A stretch of 64,000 nt of DNA from an uncultured Chloroflexia bacterium (GTDB lineage: Bacteria; Chloroflexota; Dehalococcoidia; DSTF01; WHTK01), in assembly GCA_963731765.1 (NCBI GenBank), contig CAVSWS010000018.1, positions 67,440-131,439 on the forward strand, written 5' to 3'. The translations under genes and the position numbers were made by a program. Within the stretch, counting starts at the first letter, position 1. Each line of letters starts with the position of its first letter. This document shows positions 38,842-49,491 of this stretch, piece after piece. The notes below the pieces were generated by a model. It saw only the letters and a list, made by a program, of their open reading frames with translations. It was not told where the DNA came from and searched no databases.

Positions 38842-39413
38842 TCGCTACCTCTCTCTTTAGAAAGGTTCGGCTCTCCAGGGGATCACTTAAGTGCTGTGGA
38901 GCGATTTGGAGGACTGGGGACGAAAATCGTTACCAGGCCCGCGTTGCGACCGGCAAACCGGAAAGCCGTCCTAATTTGTGCTTCGATTAGCTACATCAAG
39001 AATGTTTAAGGTTTTTAGAAATAGCGCAGATTCGGGGGTTGACTTAACGCGAACCGTTATGGCACCATGGCCGGGCCTTGGGGAGTGAATACTCCCTGTT
39101 GCAACCAGACCGGAAGAACGGCTGCAACACTCAGGGGAGCTTTCCGAAGCGCCGAGGCAATGACTCAGTTTTACCCCTCCTTCCCTCGGGAAGGATCATG
39201 AGCGCCGGGACCGGACCGGATGGCTTGAGGCACAGGAGGCGGGGCCTGGGCCGCAGCCTCCGGTCTGGACCCGTACCCTCACTCTCCAATCACAACCGTC
39301 ACCACCGTACAAATAGCTTCTTGAACCACTGCGACAGGTCTATGTATTGGGCTGCCGAGTGACGAAACTTCTTGTGACGAATTCTGTTAATTCGTCGCAG
39401 AGAGGAACTGTAC

Positions 39414-40781
39414 ATGGAGGCTACTGCGCCGCACCGAGGCAGGGATGCTGATCAGCTCCAGGAGAGCGACCCGCCCTTCCGCCCACAGCCAACCAATATC
39501 GAAGAGACAGGCCTGGGTTTCGGCCAACTGCTGGACCTTTGCATCAAGACGATGTACTACGCCGGCCGGCCTTCCGCCCGCGAGGTCAGCGAGTCGATGG
39601 CGCTGCCTTTCAATGTCGTCGACGTTCTCCTGAGCTTCCTCAAGCGAGAGAAGCTCATCGAGGTGGTCGGCTCGTCCGGCATCGGCGAACAGCAGTACCA
39701 GTACGCCCTTACCGAGAAGGGTAACGAGCGTGCCGTCGAAGCCCTGGAGCGAAACCAGTACCTGGGCGCCGCGCCGGTCCCATATTCCGAGTACCTGGAC
39801 CTCATCAAGGAGCAATCGGTGCGTAAGATGCGCGTCGATCCGGCGATCGTCGATGCGGCGCTGGGCGACCTTGTGCTGACGCCGATCACACGTAACCTGG
39901 TGGGTCCGGCTGTGAACTCCGGTCGCTCCATGCTTCTCTACGGCGACCCTGGTAACGGTAAGAGCTCCATCGCCAAGGGCATCGGCAGGATGTTGAAGGG
40001 CAACATCCTGGTGCCGTACGCGGTCGACATCAACGGCCAGATCGTGAGGGTGTACGACCCGCGAGTTCACCAGGAGGTTCCCGAAGCGGCAGGTGAGCTT
40101 GAACGGCGCAACGGCTTCGCGCCGGTGCGACCAGAGCACCGCCACGATACGCGCTACGTGATCTGCAAGCGACCGCTGATTATGACCGGTGGTGAACTAA
40201 CCCTCGCCGACCTGGAGCTGAAGTACTCGCCCCAGGCGAAGTTCTACATCGCACCAGTCCAGATGAAAGCAAACTGCGGCATCCTCGTGATCGACGACTT
40301 CGGCCGTCAGATGGTGTCACCGAAGGAGCTGCTCAACCGGTGGATCGTTCCAATGGAAGCCCGCGTCGACTACCTGTCGCTGCTGAGCGGCGAGACGCTG
40401 GAATTGCCATTCGAGCTGCTGCTTGTCTTCTCGACCAACATCCCGCCGGGACAGCTGGGTGATGAGGCATTCTTCCGACGCATTCGCCACAAGATCGAAG
40501 TGGGCGACCCGGACGAGGAGTCGTTCCTGCGCATCATGCAGATGGTCTGTGACGCGAACGGCGTCCCATACGACGAGCGTGCCGGCCACTACATAATTGA
40601 GCGCTACTATCGTCCGAAGAGCCGCCACTTGCGCGGCGTGCACCCTCGCGACATCATCGACCTGCTGATGGACATCGCGAGCTTCCGCAGCATCGAGCCG
40701 GCGTGCACGAAGGAGCTGCTGGACCTGGCATGCGAGTCGTACTTCATCGACGACCGCGTGGCTGACTTCAAACCGGTGTAG
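39414..40781 (+). CDS. DnaC/IstB-clade AAA+ ATPase with N-terminal winged-helix domain (function unknown)
   Basis: Walker A 'GDPGNGKSSIAKGIG', Walker B 'GILVIDDFGRQ' (the hhhhDD-x-G form typical of DnaC/IstB/DnaA) and sensor-1 'LVFSTN'. 455 aa. No IstA transposase nearby. Confidence 0.65.
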   Translation: MEATAPHRGRDADQLQESDPPFRPQPTNIEETGLGFGQLLDLCIKTMYYAGRPSAREVSESMALPFNVVDVLLSFLKREKLIEVVGSSGIGEQQYQYALTEKGNERAVEALERNQYLGAAPVPYSEYLDLIKEQSVRKMRVDPAIVDAALGDLVLTPITRNLVGPAVNSGRSMLLYGDPGNGKSSIAKGIGRMLKGNILVPYAVDINGQIVRVYDPRVHQEVPEAAGELERRNGFAPVRPEHRHDTRYVICKRPLIMTGGELTLADLELKYSPQAKFYIAPVQMKANCGILVIDDFGRQMVSPKELLNRWIVPMEARVDYLSLLSGETLELPFELLLVFSTNIPPGQLGDEAFFRRIRHKIEVGDPDEESFLRIMQMVCDANGVPYDERAGHYIIERYYRPKSRHLRGVHPRDIIDLLMDIASFRSIEPACTKELLDLACESYFIDDRVADFKPV

Positions 40782-40802
40782 AAAGACGCTACGTCTGGTG
40801 CA

Positions 40803-40836
40803 GGAAGGAGGGCGCTCGTGAGAGCGCCCTCCTTCC
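40803..40836 (+). terminator. perfect 15-bp-stem hairpin after the AAA+ ATPase gene
   Basis: 'ggaaggagggcgctc-gtga-gagcgccctccttcc'; there is no U-tract, so its function is uncertain. Confidence 0.5.
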
Positions 40837-41032
40837 ATACGTGCGTCGGGGGCAGCCCAGCGCCCAGCGCCCGATGGTGTCCGTGCCGAACAGGGACTTC
40901 CTCCGGCTCTCGGGCCACCATTCGACAATCCAGAACAGGTCGCCCGTAACGGGCGACCATTGTCTCCGAAACCAGAAGAGAGACGGCATGGGATTGCCCC
41001 GTGCCGTCTCTCTTTGTGACTCGGTTGGTTGC

Positions 41033-41965
41033 TTAGCCGGCGAAGACTACGGCGTAGTAGATCATGCCGTTAGCGGCCACCGCAGCGCCGATGCCGACCC
41101 TGGTGAACTGGGGCTCCAGGATGTTGGCTCGGTGGCCGGGGCTGTTCATGAAGCCGTCCATGGCGACCTGCACGCTCTGCGACTGAGGGTAGTTGTTGCG
41201 GGCGATGTTCTCGCCGGCGAGGGCATACACGTAGCCGTAGGCATCCATGATGCCGAAGACGTTACCGCCCGTGAGGGTCGTGTGGGAGAAGTAGTTGTTC
41301 GTTGCCATGTCCTGCGCACGCTCTCGAGCGATGGCGACGAGCGTGCCGTCTAGCTGCAGCGATCCGAGGCCGTTGGCCCCACGCTGCTGGTTGTGCTGCG
41401 CGAACATCTGCGACTCGAGGCCGGTGAGGCCCGTCGCCGGCGGTAGAGGCGCCGTGGTGGGCGTCGGCGGCAGGATCACCATAGTTGGTGTTGGGGGCAC
41501 CGGTGTCGGAGGAATTGAGGTCGCGGTGGGAGGAACCGGGGTAGGCGGAATCGCCGTCGGCGTCGGCGGTTCCGGCGTGGCAGTGGGCGGCACCGGCGTC
41601 GGCGGCACATCCGTTGCGGTGGGAGGAATCGATGTCGCGGTAGGTCCAAGCGCCGTCTCGCCAGCGGCCTCCGCAGCAGGCGTCACAGTTGAGGACGGAG
41701 CGACCGTCGGAGACTTCTCTGCCGCCCTCGATGTGCCGGGTAGGGAAGTCGCAGTCGGGTCCAGGACAGACCGAGGCGCTGAAGGCGTCGCGTGCGTCTT
41801 CGTCGCCGTGGCAGTCGGCGTGTTCGTAGCCGTCGCCGTTGCAGCGCTAGCCGCGAAGTCGACGTTCTGCGCCGATCCGCCTTTGAATATGCTGAGTGCG
41901 AGAGCGGCGACTACCGCGATTACCCCGACACCAACGATGCCTATGCCGATGCGATGCCGGTCCAT
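41033..41965 (-). CDS. membrane-anchored CAP/SCP/PR-1 domain protein with Pro/Thr-rich repetitive linker
   Basis: N-terminal signal-anchor, 'PPTPVPPTAT' tandem repeats, and a C-terminal CAP domain ('NYFSHTTLTGGNVF...GENIARNNY'). Confidence 0.75.
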   Translation of the reverse strand: MDRHRIGIGIVGVGVIAVVAALALSIFKGGSAQNVDFAASAATATATNTPTATATKTHATPSAPRSVLDPTATSLPGTSRAAEKSPTVAPSSTVTPAAEAAGETALGPTATSIPPTATDVPPTPVPPTATPEPPTPTAIPPTPVPPTATSIPPTPVPPTPTMVILPPTPTTAPLPPATGLTGLESQMFAQHNQQRGANGLGSLQLDGTLVAIARERAQDMATNNYFSHTTLTGGNVFGIMDAYGYVYALAGENIARNNYPQSQSVQVAMDGFMNSPGHRANILEPQFTRVGIGAAVAANGMIYYAVVFAG

Positions 41966-42105
41966 AACGGCCTCCTGACGTGCACGCTTCGAAAAACGTT
42001 CAGGCCGAAGACCGCACTCCCTTGCGGTGGATGTCGGGCCGACTCGTAGAGTTGCCTCCTTCCCTGGAGGCTCTCTAGATTGTCGTCAGTGGAGGAAGTG
42101 ACTTT

Positions 42106-42822
42106 ATGGTTAGCGGGGATTCCCTTACCAAAGCGCTTGTGGCAGGTGTGGACGGATGTCGCGCAGGTTGGATCTACGTGATTGCCGAGATCGAAGGAAA
42201 GGCCTTCGACCTGGTTGATTTGAATCTGGCGTTGACGTTTACGGAACTAATCGAAGCCACAAGTGATTGTCAGGCTATCTCGCTCGACATGCCGGTCGGC
42301 TTCAGCGACGACGGATGGCGCGAAGCGGACGTACAGGCGCGTCGCTTCATCGGTGCGAGGCGTAGCAGCGTGTTCCCGCCGCCGCCGCGGGCCCTGCTCA
42401 CGGCCGAGGGTGACTACGCCACACTGAACGCGATGGCCAGGCAGATCCGGGCCGGACTGCCGAAGCAGACCTACAACATCCTGGCGAAGATGCGAGAGGT
42501 GGATGAGGTAATGACGCCCGAGCTGCAGCACCGGATACGAGAGTGCCACCCAGAGGTAAGCTTCTGCGCTCTCAACGGCGACTGCTTGCGACACGCCAAG
42601 CGCTCACGAGAAGGCCAGGCGGAGCGACTGGAGCTGCTGTCGCGGGTGTACGGCTCAAACGCCGCTACATGGCGTGCACCGCGTGGCGCTGCGCTGGACG
42701 ACTTGTACGATGCGGCGGTGCTGGCATGGACGGCAGCTCGTATCGTTCGCGGCGAGGCGAAGTCCTTGCCGCCAGCGCCGCCGTTGGACGCTCGGGGCCT
42801 GCGCATGGAGATCGTGTACTGA
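42106..42822 (+). CDS. DUF429 (COG4923) RNase-H-fold predicted nuclease
   Basis: 'VAGVDGCRAGWI' N-terminal motif and overall DUF429 layout. Confidence 0.6.
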   Translation: MVSGDSLTKALVAGVDGCRAGWIYVIAEIEGKAFDLVDLNLALTFTELIEATSDCQAISLDMPVGFSDDGWREADVQARRFIGARRSSVFPPPPRALLTAEGDYATLNAMARQIRAGLPKQTYNILAKMREVDEVMTPELQHRIRECHPEVSFCALNGDCLRHAKRSREGQAERLELLSRVYGSNAATWRAPRGAALDDLYDAAVLAWTAARIVRGEAKSLPPAPPLDARGLRMEIVY

Positions 42823-42933
42823 GCCACCGGGAGGCCCCGCATGGACACGGTCGGGCCTATGCGGTGAGACGGGAACCCGGGACTATCGAGAGGCTATCGC
42901 AGGTCTGAAGACCTGCAGCTACGTCTTCCGGCG

Positions 42934-44686
42934 CTACTTGCGACTGAAGCGGCGGGCGAGCTCGTCGGCGCTGAGGTGGAGCATGGTGGGGCGGCCGTGG
43001 GGGCAGGTCTGCGGCGTCCCACACGCTTCCAGCTGCTCGATGAGGTCTCTCATCTCCTCCGGTGCCAGCGTCTGTCCGGCGCGCACTGCCGCATGACAGG
43101 CCAGCGATGCCGCTACGCGGTGTCGAGGGTCGGCTGGGGCGTCTTCACGGGTCAGGAGGTCCAGGAGCTCGATGAAGGCGCGCGCCGGGTCCTCGCGTCG
43201 CAGGCCGGCTGGGGCGGCGCGCAGGAGGTAGCCCCCACCGCCGAAGGGCTCCACCCCAAAGCCCTGCGCCTCCAGCGCATCGGCGAAGCTCGAGACGAGC
43301 GATGCCTGGGCCGGGGTTAGCTCCAGGGAGAGCGGCGAGAGCAAGTGGCTGAGCAGCCCGCGCCGAGGACTGGAGGTCCTTGAGGAAGCGCTCGTACATG
43401 ACGCGCTCATGGGCGGCGTGCTGGTCGACGAGGTAGAGGCCCGCCGGTCCCTCCGCGATGATGTAGGTCGTGCCGGCCTGGCCCAGCGGTCGCAGGATGG
43501 GCATCGCGGCGGGCAGGGCATGCTGGGCAATCTCGGCCTCGAAGGCGCGCTGAGGGATGAGGTCGGACTGCAGAGGTGGACTCGACTGCGGCTGTGGCAG
43601 CGCAGACGATGCCGCTTCGAAGGTCGTGTACTGGTAGGACGGCGGGCTGAGCGAGAGGGACGCCCGGGGCCAGTTCGTCGCCGGGTCGGTTCCCACAGGC
43701 GACAGGGCCGCGAGGGCGGCACGGATCGGCCGCTGCACGAAGGCGAAGACCTGTCGCTCGTTGCGCAGTCGCACCTCGGCCTTGGCGGGGTGGACGTTGA
43801 CATCGACCTCCTCCGGCGGCAGGCGCAGGTCCACGATGGCGATGGGGAACCGGCCGACCTGCAGCATGCCGCTGTAGGCCTCTTCGACTGCATAGCTGAG
43901 GGTCCGGCTGCGCACCCAGCGCCGGTTGATGAAAATCGTGACGTAGGAGCGATTCGACCGTGTGACGTGCGGCGGCGCGACGAGGGCCTCCAGGCTGTGC
44001 GTCTCGTCCAGCTCCATCGCCTCGATCATCGCGGCGGCGACGTCGCGACCGTAAACACCCGCTGCCGCCTCGCGACGGCTGCCCGAGCCCGTGGTCGAGA
44101 AGCTGTCCTTGCCATCGAGGCGCAGGGAGAAGGCAACTTCGGGGTAGGCGAGGGCGTAGTGACTGACCACGCTCGCGATCTGAGACGCCTCGGAGCCGGG
44201 CGAGCGCAGGAATTTGAGGCGGGCCGGCTGCTCCCGGAACAGGTTGCGGACGCTGATCGAGGTGCCCGGGGCGGAACCGGCCGCGCCCTGCTCCAAGAAC
44301 TCGCCGAAGCTGATGCGCACCTTCGCGGCCGTGGGCGAGTCGTGCTGGCGCGAGATCGCCTCGACCTCGGCGACGGCCGCGACGCTGGGGAGGGCCTCGC
44401 CGCGGAAGCCCAGGGTGGCGATGGCGTCGAGGTCGGCGTCGGCCGAGAGCTTGCTGGTGGCGTGACGCGAGAAGGCGAGGGGCAGCTCGTCCGGCTCGAT
44501 GCCGCAGCCGTCATCGACGACGCGGATGAGGGCGACGCCACCCTCCGCGGCCTCGACACTGACTCGCGTCGCGCCGGCATCGAGGGCGTTCTCGACGAGC
44601 TCCTTGACGATGGAAGCGGGGCGTTCGACCACCTCACCCGCGGCGATGCGGCTGGCGACTTCGGCCGGAAGGATTCGGATGGTCAC
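42934..44686 (-). CDS. mutL: DNA mismatch repair protein MutL; frame broken by an apparent 1-nt insertion near 43341
   Basis: GHKL ATPase N-terminus 'IRILPAEVASRIAAGEVVERPASIVKELVENALDAGAT' in ORF 43145-44686. The C-terminal dimerisation domain ('QPLLSPLSLELTPAQASLV...EPFGGGGYLLRAAP') is in ORF 42934-43893. Confidence 0.85.
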
Positions 44687-44896
44687 TGCGGGCCATTTTA
44701 CAGGCGGAGGCGAGGGCTGACGACGCCATCGAAATTAAGCGGACGGCGCAGTCTGCGTCGATAAGCCCTGATGCGAGCCATCCCATAGCAGCACGTGCAA
44801 GGGTCAAACAGGCGCTGCGTAGAGGACGCATTAGCCTCAACTTAGAACCCTTCTTACTCTGGACGAGTTATCGATAGGCCTCGTACCATCGGATGC

Positions 44897-46021
44897 ATGG
44901 CATTGAAAGATCCTTTGGAGGCGCCGACCGAACCGAGAGCGGAGCTTCTTCTGGCCAACTGGAAGAACGAGCTCGATAGCGCCAACCTCTACGGCTACCT
45001 GGCCCGACTGGAGGAGGACGACGGACACGCCGCCCTCCTGCGCGAGATGGCCGACGCGGAAGCCGTACATGCCGGCGTGATGGCTCGCGGGTTGCAGGCA
45101 CAGGGCATCGCCCTGCCGAAGCACCGCTTGAGCTTCCGCACTCGCATCATGAAGACGATCGCGCGCGTCGCCGGACCGAAGGCGATCTATCCCCTCCTGC
45201 ACGGCAATGAGCTCGGCAGCTCCGCCGAGTACGCCCTGCAGGACAAGGACACCGCTGCCCTGGCCGGAGACGAGCGCAGTCATGCCCGCACGATGGGCGA
45301 GTTGGCGCGAGACAACGTTACGCGTAGCGAGCGATGGCATCGCACCGCCGGGGGCGGCAGCCTGCGGGCGGCAGTTTTTGGCGTGAGCGACGGCCTCGTG
45401 AGCAACCTCAGCCTGGTCATGGGCTTCGCCGGTGCGGGCGCCGACCCGCAGTTCGTCCTGCTGGCCGGGCTCTCGGGTCTGCTGGCCGGCGCGGCGTCGA
45501 TGGCGGCGGGCGAGTACGTTTCAATGAAGGCGCAGCGAGAGCTGTTCGAGCGCCAGATCGAGCTCGAGGCGGCGGAGCTGGCCGTGTCGCCGGAGGAAGA
45601 AGTGCAGGAGCTGGCGTTGATCTATCGCGCCAAGGGCATCCCTCGCGACGACGCCGACCGCCTGGCGCGGCAGCTGACCTCCAACCCCGAAATCGCCCTC
45701 GATGCTCTGGTGCGCGAGGAGCTGGGCCTCGACCCGAGCGAGCTAGGGTCACCGATCAACGCGGCGGCGAGCTCGTTTGCAGCGTTCGGGTTGGGTGCCG
45801 TCCTGCCGGTGGTGCCCTACTTCTTCGGCGGCACGACGCTGATCGTCGCGCTCAGCATCGCCCTGTCGGGCGTGGCGCTGTTCGGCGTGGGCGCCCTGCT
45901 ATCGCTGTTCACGGGGCGCAGCGTCCTGTTTAGCGGCGGGCGTCAGCTCCTCATCGGCGCGGCGGCTGCGACGCTGACCTTCGCGCTCGGCTCGATCATC
46001 GGGGTTTCGACAGGCATCTAA
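44897..46021 (+). CDS. VIT1/CCC1-family iron/manganese transporter with N-terminal ferritin/rubrerythrin-like domain
   Basis: N-terminal ferritin-like helices then 'VFGVSDGLVSNLSLVMGFAGAG' and TM helices typical of VIT. Confidence 0.75.
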   Translation: MALKDPLEAPTEPRAELLLANWKNELDSANLYGYLARLEEDDGHAALLREMADAEAVHAGVMARGLQAQGIALPKHRLSFRTRIMKTIARVAGPKAIYPLLHGNELGSSAEYALQDKDTAALAGDERSHARTMGELARDNVTRSERWHRTAGGGSLRAAVFGVSDGLVSNLSLVMGFAGAGADPQFVLLAGLSGLLAGAASMAAGEYVSMKAQRELFERQIELEAAELAVSPEEEVQELALIYRAKGIPRDDADRLARQLTSNPEIALDALVREELGLDPSELGSPINAAASSFAAFGLGAVLPVVPYFFGGTTLIVALSIALSGVALFGVGALLSLFTGRSVLFSGGRQLLIGAAAATLTFALGSIIGVSTGI

Positions 46022-46222
46022 CGTTATGTCCACTACGGCGCTCCCCTGTTACAAGGGGCTGGTTCCATTGGACAGACACGCTACAATAAAGAAGTTCAAC
46101 AAAGACTCCAGGCTCGACTTGAAGTAACGGCCTGTTTAGATGGGTCGCGCGACGAGTTAGCGGTCCGTTGACACAACGGCGCGCTAATCGATAACCTGAT
46201 ACGGCCCAAATCAAGGAGGCTC

Positions 46223-46789
46223 GTGATCGACGCTGTAATTCAAACCGGCGGCAAGCAATACCGTGTGCACGAAGGTAGCGTGCTCAACGTCGCGACGATG
46301 GACGCTGAGCCCGGCTCCCGGGTGGAGCTTCGCGACGTACTGCTGGTCAGCAATGACGGCAGCGTTACCGTCGGCACGCCTACAGTCGATGGCGCAGTCG
46401 TGGTCGCCGAAGTGGTCGAACACGGACGCGGCAAGAAGGTCATCAACTTCAAGTACAAGGCCAAGGTGCGCTACCGCCGCAAGCGCGGTCACCGCCAGGG
46501 CTTCACCACCCTCTCCATCCAGGAGATCACGGCGAACGGCGTGACGGTCAAGGCGCCGGAGCCCGTGGCACCGCCGCCTGCGCCGGAGCGCCCGGCAGGC
46601 TTTGCCGGTCGCGTGGAGCCGGAGGCACCCGTCGCCGCTGCACCGGCCGAAGAGCCGGTGGCCGAGGCCCCCGAAGCGGAGAGCGCCGAGAGCGAAGAGA
46701 CGCCTGCACCTCGCGCTCGCCGTCGCAGCGCAGCCGCGGCGCCGGAAGCCGAAGAAGCGGAGTCCAGCGAAGAGCAGGCAGAGGAATAA
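46223..46789 (+). CDS. rplU: 50S ribosomal protein L21 with about 85-aa Ala/Glu/Pro-rich C-terminal extension
   Basis: 'GGKQYRVHEGSVLNV...KKVINFKYKAKVRYRRKRGHRQ' is the L21 core; GTG start 9 nt after 'aaggagg'. Confidence 0.85.
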   Translation: MIDAVIQTGGKQYRVHEGSVLNVATMDAEPGSRVELRDVLLVSNDGSVTVGTPTVDGAVVVAEVVEHGRGKKVINFKYKAKVRYRRKRGHRQGFTTLSIQEITANGVTVKAPEPVAPPPAPERPAGFAGRVEPEAPVAAAPAEEPVAEAPEAESAESEETPAPRARRRSAAAAPEAEEAESSEEQAEE

Positions 46790-46792
46790 GAC

Positions 46793-47059
46793 ATGGCACA
46801 TAAGAAAGCTGGTTCCAGCAGCAAGAACGGCCGCGACAGCAACGCGAAGCGCCTGGGCGTGAAGCGCTACGACGGCCAGCTCATCCTGCCCGGGACGATC
46901 ATCGTGCGACAGCGCGGCACCCGCATCCACGCCGGCAACAACGTCGGCGTCGGTCGCGACCACACGCTGTTCTCGCTGGTCGAGGGTAAGGTCAAGTTCG
47001 AGCCCTTCGCCAAGGGGCGTCGAAAGAAGGTTAGTGTGTACGCGGAGGTGGCATCTTGA
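46793..47059 (+). CDS. rpmA: 50S ribosomal protein L27
   Basis: '[24 protein letters not shown]...' canonical L27. Confidence 0.95.
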   Translation: MAHKKAGSSSKNGRDSNAKRLGVKRYDGQLILPGTIIVRQRGTRIHAGNNVGVGRDHTLFSLVEGKVKFEPFAKGRRKKVSVYAEVAS

Positions 47060-47268
47060 AGGCTACAGGACACCCCAAGTACGTAGAGACGACGATCATC
47101 TGCGCCTGCGGTAACACCTGGCAGACGCGTTCTACCAAGGACACGATCCACCTGGACATCTGCAGCAAGTGCCACCCGTACTTCACGGGTGAGGCACGCA
47201 TCGTCGACACCGCCGGCCGGGTCGAGCGCTTCCGCAAGCGCTACGAGAAGGCCGGCCAGCGCCGCTAA
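47056..47268 (+). CDS. rpmE: 50S ribosomal protein L31 (zinc-ribbon type)
   Basis: '[15 protein letters not shown]...[10 protein letters not shown]' canonical L31 with CxxC...CxxC. Confidence 0.9.
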   Translation: MKATGHPKYVETTIICACGNTWQTRSTKDTIHLDICSKCHPYFTGEARIVDTAGRVERFRKRYEKAGQRR

Positions 47269-47293
47269 GCACGGCGAAACGTACCGAAGTGCC

Positions 47294-47330
47294 GAGGGGG
47301 CTGCGTGAGAGCGCAGCCCCCTTTCTTATT
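47294..47330 (+). terminator. intrinsic terminator after rpmE
   Basis: 'gagggggctgcg-tgaga-gcgcagcccc' + 'ctttcttatt'. Confidence 0.8.
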
Positions 47331-47393
47331 ACGTGACTTCGGGCCTTATCATGACAGCATCTTGGCCTTTGGATTCATTCGAGCGAGTACATT

Positions 47394-48390
<997 letters not shown>

Positions 48391-48391
<1 letters not shown>

Positions 48392-48436
48392 ACCTCACCC
48401 CCTAACCCCCTCTCCGACTTCAGAGAGGGGGCATCC
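48391..48436 (+). repeat. family-2 REP-like hairpin repeat overlapping the hemB stop codon
   Basis: 'gacctcaccccctaaccccctctccgacttcagagagggggcatcc'. Confidence 0.8.
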
Positions 48437-48561
48437 CCGAGTCGCAGATCGTTGGGCGAATGGACGGGCGACGGCAGCGACGATTCGAGAGGAAGAGGGC
48501 GAATCGCAGCACTCGGTTGCGGCGTAGACTGGCGGCAATTCGCGCAGGCCGGAGGTGATCG

Positions 48562-49266
48562 ATGCCGCATCCTGTTATGGCAAACCTGGTGGCCGGGAGC
48601 CCGGCGCGCAACCACGACTTCGATTTCGCGCGGCTGCGGCTGGCGCAGGCCCTTTATGACGCCGGTGACATCCGGACGGACGCGTGGAACAACTACGACG
48701 CCGGCGAGGCGATCGCGGCGGGCGACGTGCTGGTCAGCTACACGTCGCAGGTGCCGGTAAGCGAGGAGAACTGCGAGGCGCTGCGTCACTTCCTCGAGCG
48801 CGGTGGCCGGTGGTTCGCGATCCACGCCAGCAACTCGGTGGCGGGTAATGCCCAGCTGCCGGGCATCCTGGGCTCCCGCTTCATCACCCATCCGGCCTAC
48901 AGCCACTTCCCCGTGTCGATCTCGGCGCCCAACGACCCCATCCTGCGCGACATCGAGCCGTTCGAGGTGGACGACGAGCTCTACGTCATCGACGTGACGG
49001 GCGATATCGAGGTGCTGCTGGAGACTCGTTGGGGTGGCGAAGCGCTGGGCGGGCGGCAGGTGGAGGAAGGCGTGCGGCCGCTGATGTATCGACATCGCGT
49101 GGGCGAGGGCGAGGTGCTCTACCTGGCGCTCGGCCACTGCAATCGCCCCTTCGACACGCCACGACCGGACGCGCTGCAGCCGGACCGCCGTGGGCCGTGG
49201 GAGATGCCGGTGTATCGGGAGCTGATCCGGCGAGGGATCGCCTGGGCGGCGCGCCGGGAGTTCTGA
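48562..49266 (+). CDS. ThuA-family (type-1 glutamine-amidotransferase-like) protein
   Basis: Overall ThuA pattern ('WFAIHAS...GSRFITHPAYSHF...LALGHC'). Flanked on both sides by repeat-family-2 hairpins. Confidence 0.65.
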   Translation: MPHPVMANLVAGSPARNHDFDFARLRLAQALYDAGDIRTDAWNNYDAGEAIAAGDVLVSYTSQVPVSEENCEALRHFLERGGRWFAIHASNSVAGNAQLPGILGSRFITHPAYSHFPVSISAPNDPILRDIEPFEVDDELYVIDVTGDIEVLLETRWGGEALGGRQVEEGVRPLMYRHRVGEGEVLYLALGHCNRPFDTPRPDALQPDRRGPWEMPVYRELIRRGIAWAARREF

Positions 49267-49268
49267 GG

Positions 49269-49312
49269 GACCTCGCCCCCTAACCCCCCTCCGACTTCAG
49301 AGAGGGGGCACC
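49269..49312 (+). repeat. family-2 REP-like hairpin repeat directly after the ThuA-family gene stop
   Basis: 'gacctcgccccctaacccccctccgacttcagagagggggcacc', about 93% identical to the copy 880 nt upstream. Confidence 0.8.
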
Positions 49313-49491
49313 GCGGTGTCGTAAGATCTTGAGACCAGGTGGTGGCTTCAAGGCGGGGCGTTCCCTGGTCTCCGGCGAGCCCATAGAGGTTCAATCCGGT
49401 CTAACTCGATCTTTGACGTAGCTCTTATGCGTGGCGGCTGTTAGAGTCCGAGCGTCTTCTAACCGTCTATTTCCAACACAGGAGCATCTAA

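Noticed and set aside
38920-38975. Possible c-di-GMP-I (GEMM) riboswitch upstream of the pilus-associated region ('GGCAAACC...GGAAAGCC')
   Set aside because: Only two short sub-motifs match by eye. The GNRA tetraloop and tetraloop-receptor arrangement and the 'ACGCAAAGCC' block are not present, so the match is insufficient without a covariance-model search.
42934-43893. Treating the 319-aa and 513-aa mutL ORFs (and similarly the split cpaF, ftsK, abcF, hemB and glcD ORFs) as separate genes or a two-gene operon
   Set aside because: In each case the two ORFs are consecutive domains of one conserved protein separated by a single-nucleotide frame change. They are reported as one interrupted gene each.
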